Source: Camelus dromedarius
Taxonomy: Eukaryota
Reading direction: 5' to 3'
DNA length: 64,000 nt
NCBI RefSeq assembly: GCF_036321535.1
Contig: NC_087437.1
Coordinates: forward strand, 81,966,001-82,030,000
A program made the position numbers and the translations under genes. The notes beneath the pieces are model-generated. The model saw nothing but the letters and a program-made list of their open reading frames with translations, was not told the origin of the DNA and did not search any database. How positions within the stretch are numbered: position 1 is the stretch's first letter; each line of letters opens with the position of its first letter. This document shows positions 39,286-51,239 of the stretch, piece after piece.

Positions 39286-40254
39286 AAATTGACTCTCAAT
39301 AACTTCAGATGCATCTTAATTCCAACTTTCTCTCAGACACAGATTACTCATTACATCACAACTTTTGTGTTTTTTTTGTTTTTCTGTACAATAAGGAACT
39401 AAAACCCACAAGAAAAGAATCCTTTATGTAGGACCCTAAAGACAACACAGAAGACTAGTGGGGATGGGGGGAAGGGAATAGCACTGAGATAACACTTCTA
39501 GAGTCAGGTCCACAGACCCCACCTACATACTTGTTAGTACCTTCCCCAGAGGTCTTCAGATCTCCTAGCAGGACAGGGCTGTAAAGTCAACAGAAGCAGG
39601 GATTTGATCCAAGAGCAGCAGCTCCTGCAGTTCAAATGAAATGTCTGCTGTAGTCACCTGATGAAGATAACAAAGTGACCCCAGAAGAATCAAAGGTAAC
39701 AGAATTCCAAAAGCAAAGCCCACATACACTTTCTTTAGGCTCTCCCGAATATAAGGGAAGCTGTTTTTTGGACAGGGCACTGCCATTGCAGGAAACACGA
39801 CATGGTTCATGAACTTCAAAATGTCCCTAGAAATTTTCTGGGGAATTAGAAATAAAGCAAAATAAAAGGTAAAACTATTATGAACCTGTGAGTCATTAAC
39901 ATCTATGGTCACCTTCTTCTTTCAGAGAAAATGACAGAATTTTTTTCTTTTCTAAATTACTGTAAGTTTTACAATAAGACTATAAATCTCAACAGATAAT
40001 AGTTTTAACATATGCTAATGTAGCTTGTAGGTGAAATAAAGTTTCTCTTCAAAACACAAAATAAAGATAGACGATAAAGTAGCACATCGATCCATCATAA
40101 AAACTGAGATCTAGGCACAGATAAAATAGCTAACATACCATCCTACAAAATAAAATAAAACCAATGCTTTGCCTTTTAGAAAAGATGTACAATCTCAGAA
40201 CATTTTTATTTTGAAAGTTAAACTAATACAATGATAATAGTAGTAATAATTAAA

Positions 40255-41824
40255 TCCTAAGGAATTCACGAAAAAACCTTCTAGAATTAATAACTCAGCA
40301 AGATTGCAGGATATAAAATAATCAATGTATAAAAACATCAACTCTATCTCTATACAGTAGCAATGAGCAAACCAAAAATTAAATCAAGAAAATAATTCCA
40401 TTTACAATAGCATCAAAAAGAAATAAAACATTTGGGAATAAATTAAAAGCAAAAAAAAAGTGTAAGATTAATATTCTGAAAACTACAAAACATTGTTGAC
40501 AGAAATTAAAGAAGACCTAAATAAATGGCAAGACATCTCATGCTCATGAATCAAAAGACTTAATACTGTTAAGCTGGTGATACCCCCAAATTGATCTAGA
40601 GATCCAACACAATCCTTATTAAAATCCCAGATGACTTCTTTGCAGAAGTTGATATGCTGATTATAATTCATACGGAAATTTATGTGGCCCAGAACAGTCA
40701 AAACAGTCTTGAAAAAGTAGGACAAAAATGGATGTTTGATACTTCCCAGTTTCAAAATTTGCTACAAAGCTACAATAATCAAGACAGTGTGGTACTGGCA
40801 AAAGGATACAACACAGAAATAGATCAACAGAATAGAATTAAGAGTCCAGAAATAAACTGTCATGTTGCTGGTCCACTGATTTTCAACAAGTGTGCCAAGA
40901 CAATTCAATGTGGGAAAGAACAGTCTTTTCAACAAGTAGTGCTAGGACAACAGGATATTCACAAGCAAAAGAATAACGTTGGATCCTATATCTCACGATA
41001 CAATATTTAACTCAAAATGGATCAAAGACCTAAATATAAGGCCTAAAATGATAAAACTCTTAGAAGAAAACATTGGCATAAATCTTCGTGACATTGATTA
41101 GATATGACACCAAAAGCAAAAGTAACAAAAAACAAGCAAATAAACTAGACAAACAATATCAAAATTAAAAATGTTTGATTTTCAAAGGACATCATCAAGG
41201 AAGTAAAAAGTCATCCCACAGAATGAATGAAAATATCTGCAAATCCTATATCTGATAAGGGGCTTGTATCCAGAATAAAAATCTCTTAAAAATCAACAAT
41301 AAAAAAGACAAGTCAAATTAAAAAATTGGCAAAGGCTTTATATAACAGTTCTCCAGAGAACATATACAAATGGACAATAAGCTCATGAAAAGATGCTCAG
41401 TATTATTAGCCATCAGGAGAATATAAATCAAAACTACAAGATATTACTGCACACCCACTAGGATGACTATAATAAAAAAGACAGATCATAACTAGTGTTG
41501 GTGAGGATGCAGGGAAATTGGAACCCTCATACACTGCTAATGGAATGTAAAATGATGCAGCTACTCTGGGAAGTAGTCTGTCAGTTCTTCAAACAATTAA
41601 CCATAAAGTTACCACATGACACTCCTAGCAACTCCACTCCTAGGTATACATCCAAGAGAAAGGAAGATGTACATCTTCCTTAACTTACACATGAATGTTC
41701 ATAGCAGCATTATTCAAAATAGCCAAAGTAGAAACAAATCAAATGCCTATCAAGTGATGAATGGATAAACAAAGTTGTGGTATAACCATGCAATGGACTA
41801 CTTACTATCTGGCAATAAAAGAAA
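40255..41824 (+). mobile_element. L1MB-like ORF2 (3' half), degenerate
   Basis: aattccatttacaatagcatcaaaa...gaagacctaaataaatgg...ctacaaagctacaataatcaagacagtgtggtactggca...aactcaaaatggatcaaagacctaaatataag...gaatgttcatagcagcattattc. Confidence 0.95.
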
Positions 41825-42045
41825 CCCTGTGTCCATTAGCAGTCACTCTCCATTTCCCCTCCCCTCAAAAAAAAACTCTATTAATCTGCTTTCTGTCTCT
41901 ATGGATTTGCCTATTCTAGACACTTTATATAAATGAAATCATACAATATATAGCCTTCTGTATCTGGCTTCTTTCATTGAGCATAATGCTTTCAAGGTTC
42001 ATCTATGTTGTAGCGTGTATCAGCACTTCATTCCTTTTCATGGCT
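41825..42045 (-). mobile_element. L1MB-like 3'UTR segment, inverted relative to the adjacent L1
   Basis: ctttctgtctctatggatttgcctattctagaca...ggcttctttcattgagcataatg...cagcacttcattccttttcatggct. Confidence 0.9.
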
Positions 42046-42359
42046 CAACAAAACTGAAAGGTCCGTATGGATATAACTTGATTGATCTCAGTGATCAACA
42101 TGATAGATACAAAACTATTAATGATAATGGATATTTCTCATGAGATATGGGTTAGCTGCTTTCTTAAAACTGTACAAAGAAGGGCTTTTAATGCCAGATC
42201 ATACTCAGGAACCAAAGGATAGAGACCTGGAAATAGACTAATTGGGATATCCCAAAGGGAAATGGCCCAAGGCAAATAATTATTTGCTGAGAGGAAAAAA
42301 AAGAGAAGCATTTTTGTTCTATATGGGGGGAAGAAAAAGAGAAAATTAGGATATCTATC

Positions 42360-42745
42360 ATCTATTCACTCACTCATGTGACATTCATTTAACCTAACAC
42401 TATGGATGGAACTAGGAACTAGGAACAAAACAAAGAATAAGATGTGGATCCTGTCTTTCAGGTCCTAGTAGAAAACATAAGTAGGATGAGGTAATTAGTT
42501 GTGGGCTGCAATGAAGGCACGTACAGAGCGCTCAGGGATCCCATATGAGGGATGGATTAGTTCTGCATGGAGGGTATGGGAAGGCATCCCAGCAGGGAGC
42601 AATTATCTTGAAGGCTGAGTAGACTTTTACTAGGCAGAGAAGAGAGGAAAGGGTAATCCAAGAAGAAAACTATACCCACAGGTATAAAAGAATAAAGAAG
42701 ACAAGTCTGTGGAATTAAATCTCTGTTGAGTATGAGTAGGTTAGG
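42360..42745 (-). mobile_element. L2 3' fragment
   Basis: attcactcactcat...acaaagaataagatgtggatcctgtctttcagg...tcttgaaggctgagtagacttttactaggcagagaag. Confidence 0.7.
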
Positions 42746-44614
42746 GCCAGGGCATACAGATCCTGTGTGCTGTTACCCCAGGATTCCCCTTTATCCTGAA
42801 CCCAAGAGAAATCTGTCATGCAGAAAAATCTCAACTTGCCATGGGTGATTTGTCAGAGAACCTATAGCATACACAAAGCACTGTGTTAAATGTGTTCAGA
42901 GTCAAATATGGAAAGAACATAATAATAATATTAACAACACCACCCAGAAAACTACTGTTATAAGTAACACACCAAAGAGGGCAAGGCTCTTCAGTAATGT
43001 TACCCATAGCTGTACAACTTCCTGATAAAGACTTAACCTCTGCAGTAAAGTGGAATTGGAGAAGTACATGTTCATTTAGCTTAAGTAAATGGGAAAATCA
43101 ATCTTATTCCATCCTAAATCCCAGGAAGGGACAAGCGGGTGTATAATATGCTACCTAATCCCTTTTGCTTGGCCTAAAATTGGCTAATTACAGCAACATG
43201 TGATAAATAGCACTGAGATATAACTAACTAAGAAAAGAGAAAGGAACAGGAGCATCTATTTATTTTGACTGTACCCTGAGCTAACAAGAAAATATTCCAA
43301 CCTCCATTCCTTCATCCTTAAAAAGAGCTACTCAGCTAAACTTACTGAGGAAATATCACTGTCTCTGGCAGTCTTTTGAGTTTGGTTCCCAATTTGTTGA
43401 GCAAACTTGATTAAAACAACAACAACAACACTTCAGTTCTGGCCTGATGTTTCCATCTGCAAAATGGACAGAAATATTTTCTACCTACTACCTTCTTTGT
43501 ACAGGGCTAATTGAGAAAAATATGGACAATCACTTGCATAAATAATTTAAAATCTATGGATCAAAAGTAAAATATAAACCAAGTAAAAGGTTTATTCACA
43601 TATGGGGATATTTTGAATTACAGACCTTCACTTTTATCAACCCAAGGGCTAACTACTAATATTTCCCAGATTACCTTTAAAGATTATTTCCTTTAAGAGT
43701 GGCAAGGAGGTAGTGAATATAGCAGTATGCCTAGGTCACCTCACCCAGCACCTAACAACTGTGAAGACATGTGTTTGTTTATTTTGAAAGCTCTTAGTGA
43801 TAGGAAGATTTATTAGAGAAATGAAACACTTCACCTCTAAAAGCTCACAGAACTCTGTTTTTGTTGCAGTAGTCTCGCCAGGAGAATTCTGAATGTGTTT
43901 GCATTCTATCAGTCGACAGTGTGAGTCAGCCTATCCCAAACCGGTTTTCTAACCAGAAAACTGAGAAGTTTGATGACACAGTTAGGTAAACATGCTCACT
44001 GGATGAAGTTATTTAAAACTTTATAGCCTTTTTAATCCTCTCTAAGCCTCTGAAATCCATATAGGTTTTTAGACAAGATTTAAGTTCATATGAGTAAAAG
44101 AGTAGAAATTATATATAAACCAACTCAGTATACTAAGAATTCCATGGGTTCTGGATAACTAAAAATGTCTAATATCTGAAAGAGCAATGAGGGTAATCTG
44201 ACCCCAAAATGAAGCCCTTAACTGTTAACCAGTCAACCTTATTTCTAACTAAAATTTTAGCTCTAAATACGCATCTTACCCCAAGAACTGAAATTTCTTA
44301 TCTCTGGTCAAAAGACGACAGTTTTTGCTGACAGTGATAAATGATTTCTGTGAAGAGTTCATCAAAGTGAAAGAGTTGTAGACCATGACTCTCATTACCT
44401 ACGTTCCAGGCAATTTGAGAATTCAATAAGTAGCTGAATGCAAATAGAACCAAAATGCGGCAAAACAGAAGTCAAAGTTAACTAAATTAACTAGAACCGA
44501 TAGCAACAATGTTATTATGAGTTAACTAAAATTTGTGGTGTGATGGACTTTTTAATCCATGTAGATGAAAGTCATCAAATAACACATGAACCATGTGTAG
44601 AGAGAGCCTACTAT

Positions 44615-44688
44615 AAATCTATACGGCGATTTTTTATGGTGTGGAGGGTCAGCACTCCTAACCCTGTGTCATTCATGGGTCAATGGCA
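44615..44688 (+). mobile_element. Tigger2/MER8-like terminal fragment (TcMar-Tigger)
   Basis: tatacggcgatttt...ggagggtcagcactcctaaccctgtgtcattcatgggtcaa. Confidence 0.6.
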
Positions 44689-45005
44689 TATTCCTCTTTT
44701 GACAACCTATTCTTAGCCAGGTAGAAGTATTACTTCTACACGCAAAGAAGACTCTTCAGGTGAATCTACCCATTCTCTTGTTCTGGAGAGCTTCTGCTTT
44801 ACCTAAAAGAAATCTTGCTCTTGCCATGAAAGGGAGCTTTTGCTCCAGAATTTAACTTCTAATTATTTACTGTTAGCCTTGGGAGTAAATTTATAACAAA
44901 TAACTAGGGTGCAAGGGAGTGGTTCTGAAACTTTTTGATACTGTGACTCTCTCTACTCCTAGTCCTACTCCAAGGATTCCACATCACTCCTCCATGGATA
45001 TATCA

Positions 45006-45031
45006 ACACACACACACACACACACACACAC
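45006..45031 (+). repeat. (AC)13 microsatellite
   Basis: Seen directly. Confidence 0.95.
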
Positions 45032-45302
45032 CAAAACTCACTTTATTTTGTAGGCAGCACCACCAAACCCTAGCTCAGATTACCTCTGCTCTATTCTCTG
45101 ATGTTGAACGAGATAGAGAATTTTATAGAGAGACCAGGTTTTAAAATAGGTGGCTTTCTGCATTTCTTTTATTTACAGCTTTTACCTAAATTTTTACACA
45201 TTAACTATCTACTTGTGTAAGAAATGCTTCAATAGAACATTCCGTTCTTAAATGTTCCAGGTAAGCATTTCCTTGTAATTCTTCCTTACACATACTTACA
45301 CT

Positions 45303-45305
<3 letters not shown>

Positions 45306-45336
<31 letters not shown>
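45306..45336 (+). repeat. (AC)15 microsatellite
   Basis: Seen directly. Confidence 0.95.
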
Positions 45337-45337
<1 letters not shown>

Positions 45338-45614
45338 CAAAATTTCAGCCCCTCAGTAATTAAAAAAAAAAAAAGTGGTAACTGGTAACTTATTCATGAA
45401 GAGAAACTAGAGTCAGAGTAAGCCCACATAGAACTTTAATGAAACCCTGAAACTAAGAACCCCATTATGAAAAAGACCATACACACCCACATACAACATG
45501 AGTCTTTTTTTCTGAAAAGACAGTAGATTCTATTTTTTATACTGTACCCCCAAACAAAACAAAGATCCCTTATAAGGAACTTGATAATTAGTGATAATAT
45601 TAATAGTAACAACA

Positions 45615-45850
45615 ATAGTTATATTTTACTGAATGTTTAGGTCAACCACTGTGCTAAGCATACGTGATGGATTACCTCATGCAATCCTCATAACAATCTT
45701 TTAAAGTAGATACTGTTATTATCCAGATAATATTCAGAAAACTAAACTGAAGTTTAAGGACCTTATGTAACTTTCCCAAAATTACACTGCTAACAATTAT
45801 AGAGAAGAATTAGAACTCATGTCTGACTCCTGAATCTGAGCTCTTAACCT
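45615..45850 (-). mobile_element. MIR SINE
   Basis: cactgtgctaagc...aatcctcataacaatc...gtagatactgttattatcc...taactttcccaaaattacac...tgtctgactcc. Confidence 0.8.
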
Positions 45851-45858
45851 TCCTCTGT

Positions 45859-45960
45859 CAGTGGTTCCCAAAATTAAGTAAATGATCATCAGAATTGCCA
45901 GGGAACCTATTTAAAAGTGCAGATTTCTGGGCCTAACCCCAAATACCCTGAATTAGAACC
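45859..45960. mobile_element. MER5-like hAT-Charlie fragment
   Basis: cagtggttccca...catcagaattgccagggaacctatttaaaagtgcagatttctgggcct...gaattagaa. Confidence 0.7.
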
Positions 45961-46164
45961 TTCAATTGCGGCATCCAGAGATAGGAACACAGTGGCATCT
46001 CAAATATGGTTTAAATGTTCTTTTAAGGTGCCAAGGAACCCAAGTGAAGCCTGTTGTCACATAGTTGCCTACGTCAAATCATAGGCTTTGAATAGAAAAT
46101 AGCACCTCTTTTTCCATGTGAACTTCTTTTCACTACATAGCAGTCAGAAAGGTCTCGTTTGCTA

Positions 46165-46188
46165 AAAGGTCAAATGAGGTCATGGTCA
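46165..46188 (+). promoter_or_regulatory. Candidate nuclear-receptor element: perfect DR4 (AGGTCAaatgAGGTCA) overlapping an NBRE (AAAGGTCA), with a third half-site TGGTCA
   Basis: AGGTCA at 46167-72 and 46177-82, AAAGGTCA at 46165-72, TGGTCA at 46183-88. Motif match only; function untested. Confidence 0.45.
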
Positions 46189-46439
46189 CACTATGTCAGC
46201 AGTTAGTATCAGGATAGCCAGTTGCATGGGCTGTGTTATGGAAGCTGAAAGTGATATAGCACAGCAAATCTGCTGAATCAGAACTGCTGAGTCAGAACCT
46301 CACCAAAGAGAAGGCATAGAACCAATGGGGAGAGCTTAAATTTCCAGCTAGGCTACACTCATTACGTGACCCAATGAACATTTCTTAATATTAAATACAC
46401 AGTTTTAGTTCCTGAAAAATCACTTAGTGTCCAGTTTAT

Positions 46440-46595
46440 TTATTCATTTATTTCAAATTACTTACTGAGTGCTTACCATGTGCAAGGCACTAGGCCAAAC
46501 AGGAGCAGAAAAGCAGGCAGGTGGTGGAAAAAGAGGTGAGCATTAATTAGGAGGCCAGGATTAAGCTTCATGAAAAAGGTAGCATTTGAGCTACC
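46440..46595 (-). mobile_element. L2 3' end
   Basis: ttattcatttatttcaaattacttactgagtgcttaccatgtgcaaggcactaggc...aggtagcatttgagct. Confidence 0.7.
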
Positions 46596-46989
46596 TTTAT
46601 TATGTAAATAACTCAAAATATTACTTAAATGAGCTCTGCTTCTTGAGATCATTCAGACTGTTGTCTTCATTTGCATGATCAAAGCTGAAACCCTACCATG
46701 TGTCTGATACAATGCATGGGGGATGGAGAGCATTGGAAAGAAGGGTAAATACATGAAATGCATTTTGCTTTCAACTTAGAGATGACTATCTTTTTCATTC
46801 ACATTCCCCTGATCCGATCCAAACTCACATAGCCATTTCTCAATATAGGAAAAGCTAGAAATGTCTGGTTGGGCAGCCTTATATGCCCAAGAGGAAAAAG
46901 CCAATTGATGTTTTAAAGACAACTAAGTCTGCCGCAATCTTAGTGCAAACCACTTAACCTTTCTGTGCTTCAGTTTATTGTCATGATCT

Positions 46990-47720
46990 TGAAAAGAGTA
47001 GATTTCTTGAAAAGGACATAAAAGCACCAATCATAAAAGATTAATAATCAGACTTTATTAAAATTAATAACTTCTATTAATCAAACAATAATAATTAGAT
47101 GAAAAAACAAGCCACAGACTTGGAGAAGATACCTGCATATGCATAACCAACAAAAGACTAACATCCAGAATATATAAAGGACCCCTACAAATCAACTTAA
47201 AAAAAGACTGGCAACCCAATATAAAAAAGGAAGAGACTTAAGGCACTTCATGAAAGAGGATAAGTATGTAAAAAGAGAGTTCAACATTATTAATCATCAG
47301 GGAAGTGCAAATTAAAGCTATAATGATACCATTACAACTCTACCAGAAAGGGTAAAATTAAGAGGATAACATCAAGTATTGATGAAGAAGTGGAGCAACT
47401 GAAACTTGCCTACATTTCTAGTGGCAAAATAAATTCCATTTACATTAAGTTGAATTTCCATTAATATAGGAGTCCACTTGCATGAAGTTTAAAACAGCAA
47501 AATTAAACTATGACAATAGAGGTCAAAATGGTGGTTACTGCCCAGGAAGAAGTGGATATCAACTGGAGTGTGGCACAAAGGAGGCCTGCTGTGGAGTTGG
47601 ACATATTCTGGATAGTGTTTACACAGGAATATACAAATGTAAAAACCCATCAATCTGTACATTTAATATTTGTGCACATTAATATATATAAACCATACCT
47701 CAATAAGAGAGAAAAATGGA
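46990..47720 (+). mobile_element. Old L1 (L1ME-like) ORF2/3'UTR fragments
   Basis: aagccacagacttggagaagatacctgca...atccagaatatataaagg...tcagggaagtgcaaattaaa...aaaattaaactatgacaatagaggtcaaaatggtggttac. Confidence 0.85.
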
Positions 47721-47789
47721 AAAATAGTGCTTATAAGTTGTAAAATGAGGTATGCTATACATTCCAAGGATGCAAGAGCAACTGGACTG

Positions 47790-48570
47790 AGCAACTGTGA
47801 TGAGCTTTGGTGACAAGAAGATTTGTCCTAACACCAGCAACTGGAAGGCTAGGAGAGGTGCATGAGTTTGCTCTGAAATGTCGTACCTGAGAAACTGATG
47901 AGACATCTAGGAGAAACTGCATACAGGGGACAGACAGAATTCAGGCAAGCAGTGGCTAATGATAGAGATTTGGGAGTTCTAGCATGGAGGGGAAAGTTGA
48001 AACAATAGGAATAGATTCGAGTACCTAGAAGGAAGTAATACAGAAAGCGAAGGGCTACACCATTCTAGCAAGTGCCTGCATTCAGAGGGTAAGAGAAGGG
48101 GAATAAGCCATTAAGGAACATAGAAAAGAAGCAGTCTATGATATAGAAAGAGAATTTAAAGAGTCCAGTGCCTCAGAAGCCAAAGGTAGAATTTCAAGGA
48201 GTGGGGAGGTAGTTAACTGTGTTAACTGGCCTAGAGAAATAGCAGAGGATGAAACCTGTTGGATCTGATGAAGTCACCGATGACCTCTGAGAGATTAATT
48301 TCATCAGAATGGCAGGTGCTGAAAGCAGATCTGATGGAACCAAAGAGTGTGATGAGGCTGTAGACACATTGAGTGTGGTGATCTTCTCTCAGGAAGTTCC
48401 TCAGGGATGGGAAGGGAAGAGAGAGAATGGTCACTTGTAGAAACAGTGAAATTGAGGGGAAAGGGCCAAGTGAGACTGAAAGATGCTGGAACAAGAGAGG
48501 ATGAATAGAACCAAGTCCCAGAGAAGACAAGTGAGCATGGGAGGCAAGGAAGAGGTAGTTACTACAGACA
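47790..48570 (-). mobile_element. L2 internal fragment
   Basis: gatagagatttgggagtt...gttgaaacaataggaataga...cagaagccaaagg...ttggatctgatgaagtcaccgatgacctctgagag. Confidence 0.7.
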
Positions 48571-49675
48571 ATGATGGGGAGTTAAAATAAGCATGAATCT
48601 CAGGTTGACCACGCAGCAAGGAGCAGCCAGAAAGAAAAGGAAAACTGCAGAAGTACAGAAACCTCTAGGCTTCCGAAGTTTGGAATAGGAAGATGTCAAA
48701 CTAACAAAAATTAATGTTTGGAAGGCTCTTTGACCTTTTAATGGAATATCCTATTTTAAAGGAGCATGTTAAATTTATTTTTTAAAAGTCTTATTTTAAT
48801 TTGGTCATTGAAATACACCAGTGCAAAAACAACTGCCTTGATAGAAACTAAATAAATTTTTACTAGGCAGATTCTACCACTTACAGTGATTATTATAAAT
48901 ATTTGATTGGAAAGCAATGTTTTTCTCTTCCTACTAAAAGATCTATTCCAAGATTAGGAACAAAAATACTAGCAAATGATGGAAATAACAAAATAAGCAC
49001 ATTCTAATGGTGAAACAATCTGGTTTATAGTTCTTACAGATATTTCTTTATAGTGACAATAAAAACCACAGACTTATCATTAAGAGCAATAATAACAAAA
49101 ACATTCATCACACTCACTGCTGCCAGTGATGTGGAGTGCTTGTCTGAAAACTGGGCAACTCAAGCCAGGTAAACAGATTAAAGCCCACTCAGATTCTGAA
49201 GTAGGAGCATTTGCTTGGAAAAACAAGATGCATATCTCAATAGTTACTTTTTCCTGGCCAAAGATCTTGATAATCTCAATTAGCTTGGGCTTGTTTTCTA
49301 TTACTTGAAGCCATACTTTTCTATTACAAATGAAGAGTTTTTCATTTAGGACAAATTAGTACAAGCAAATGAAGCAGCAGGGACAAGAACTTCATCATTA
49401 TTTCGGCCTGGAAAATAGCTGCATAGTTTTCTGTGTGAAGCATCTTAGTAAGAACAGAAACAAATACTTTTTTGGGTCAGGTCACTAATCCAATCAGCCC
49501 AGGGTCCCCGTCTCTGATGGCAGCTGTCAAGGAAGCTTTGTAGGGGCCTGTGAAGATGCACCTTTAAAAGAAGAATTACTTTAATAGCCAATTTTGGATT
49601 TCATCTGTAAGTAATTCTACTAAACCTGCTTCTTTTTTAACCCACCCAATCAACATGGTAAATGTTTTAAAGCAA

Positions 49676-49697
49676 GCACATGTGTACGCGCGCGCGC

Positions 49698-49740
<43 letters not shown>
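49676..49740. repeat. (CG)6 + (CA)19 alternating purine-pyrimidine tract
   Basis: gcacatgtgtacgcgcgcgcgcgcaaa(ca)19 seen directly. Confidence 0.95.
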
Positions 49741-49742
<2 letters not shown>

Positions 49743-49962
49743 GCTTACTATATGCCAGTTTCTGTTTTAAGTGCTTTTCACTTAATCCTTATTTCTCATA
49801 ACAGCCATACAAGATAGGTACTATTATTATTAGCAGCATTTTATAGATGAAGAAACTGAAGTCTGGGAAGATAAGTTGCCTAAGGACACAGAGCTAGAAA
49901 TGGGTAGGGAGGTGAATTGAACTCAGCAGTTTGACCATTTGTCTATATTCTTAACCATGAGG
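49741..49962 (-). mobile_element. MIR SINE
   Basis: gtgcttactatatgccag...gataggtactattattat...cattttatagatgaagaaactgaagtct...gcctaaggacacagagctag. Confidence 0.88.
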
Positions 49963-50099
49963 TCATACTGTCTCTAGTGTACTGCTCTTTTAATAAAGGC
50001 ATCTCCTTCAAGACTTCAATTCTAACAGTTCTAGGTTTGAGTAAACAAATGTTTGCCCAGCCACAATGCTTATATTATACATTTTAATCACTTTCCTTT

Positions 50100-50945
50100 T
50101 TTTCTTCCAATTTTATTGAGATATAATTGACATACAGCACTGCATAAATTTAGGTGTACAGCATAAGGATTTGACTTAAATACATCATGAAATAACTATC
50201 ACAGTAAGTTTAGTGAGCATCCACTACCTCATATAAACATGATATTAAATAGAAAAAAAATTTTTCTTGTGATGAGGATTTACTCTCTTAAGAACTTTCA
50301 CATATAATGTACAGGTGTGCTAATTATAATGCTGTACATTACATCTGTAGTACTTATTTATACCTGGAAATTTCTACCTTTTGACTACCTTCATCCAATT
50401 CCCCCTCCTCTTACCTGCTGCCTCTGGTAACCACAAATCTGATCTCCTTTTCTATGAGTTTGTTTTTGAAGTATAACTGACCTACAACACTACGTTAGTT
50501 CCTGGTGCAGAACACAATGTTTCAATATTTCTCTTTATTTTTACATGATAACCATGGTAAGTCTAGTTGTCATCTGTCACCACACAAAGATATTATATAA
50601 TTATTGACTACATTCCCCATACTGTACATTTCATACGGGAGACTTATTTATTTTGTATCTGAAAGTCTGTACCTCAATCTCCCTCACTTAGCTCACCTAT
50701 TTCTCTCCTCCCCCCAAGCCCCTCTCCTCTGTTCTCTGTATCTATGACTCTGTTTCTGTTTAGTTACATTCATTTGTTTGTTTTGTTTTTTAGATTCCAC
50801 ACATAAGTGAAATCATACAATATTTATCTTTCTCTGACTTATTTCACTTAGCACAATACCCTCTTGGTCCATCCATTTTGTCAAATGCCAAGACTTCATT
50901 CTGTTTTATGGCTGAGTAATATTCCATTATATACACACACACACA

Positions 50946-50986
<41 letters not shown>

Positions 50987-51239
50987 CACCACATCTTCTT
51001 TATCCATTCATCTATTGATGAGCACTTAGGTTGCTTCCATATCTTGGCTATTGTAAATAATGCTACAATGAACACATATGGGTGCATATATCTTTTTGAA
51101 TTAATTTTTTTTCCCAGATAAGTAACCAGGAGGGGATTGCTAGAATGTATGGTAGTTCTATTTTTAATTTTTTGGAGAATCTCCATACATTTTTCCATAG
51201 TGGCTGCATTTTTACATTCTTACCAACCATACATGAGTG
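50100..51239 (-). mobile_element. 5'-truncated L1 (L1MA9/laurasiatherian type), ~1.1 kb
   Basis: ttttattgagatataattgacatacagcactg...tagattccacacataagtgaaatcatac...tatccattcatctattgatgagcacttaggttgcttcc. Diverged TSD tttaatcactttccttt (50083-99) and tttaatcatattctttt (51240-56). Confidence 0.92.
50933..50984. repeat. (AC)8(GT)18 self-complementary microsatellite inside the L1
   Basis: Seen directly. Confidence 0.95.

Noticed and set aside
40483..41683. ORFs suggesting an intact retrotransposon protein
   Set aside because: Frameshifted, stop-ridden L1 ORF2 fossil; not an active element.
22870..49597. Isolated CArG boxes (22870, 49588)
   Set aside because: Several CC(A/T)6GG matches are expected by chance in 64 kb of AT-rich sequence.
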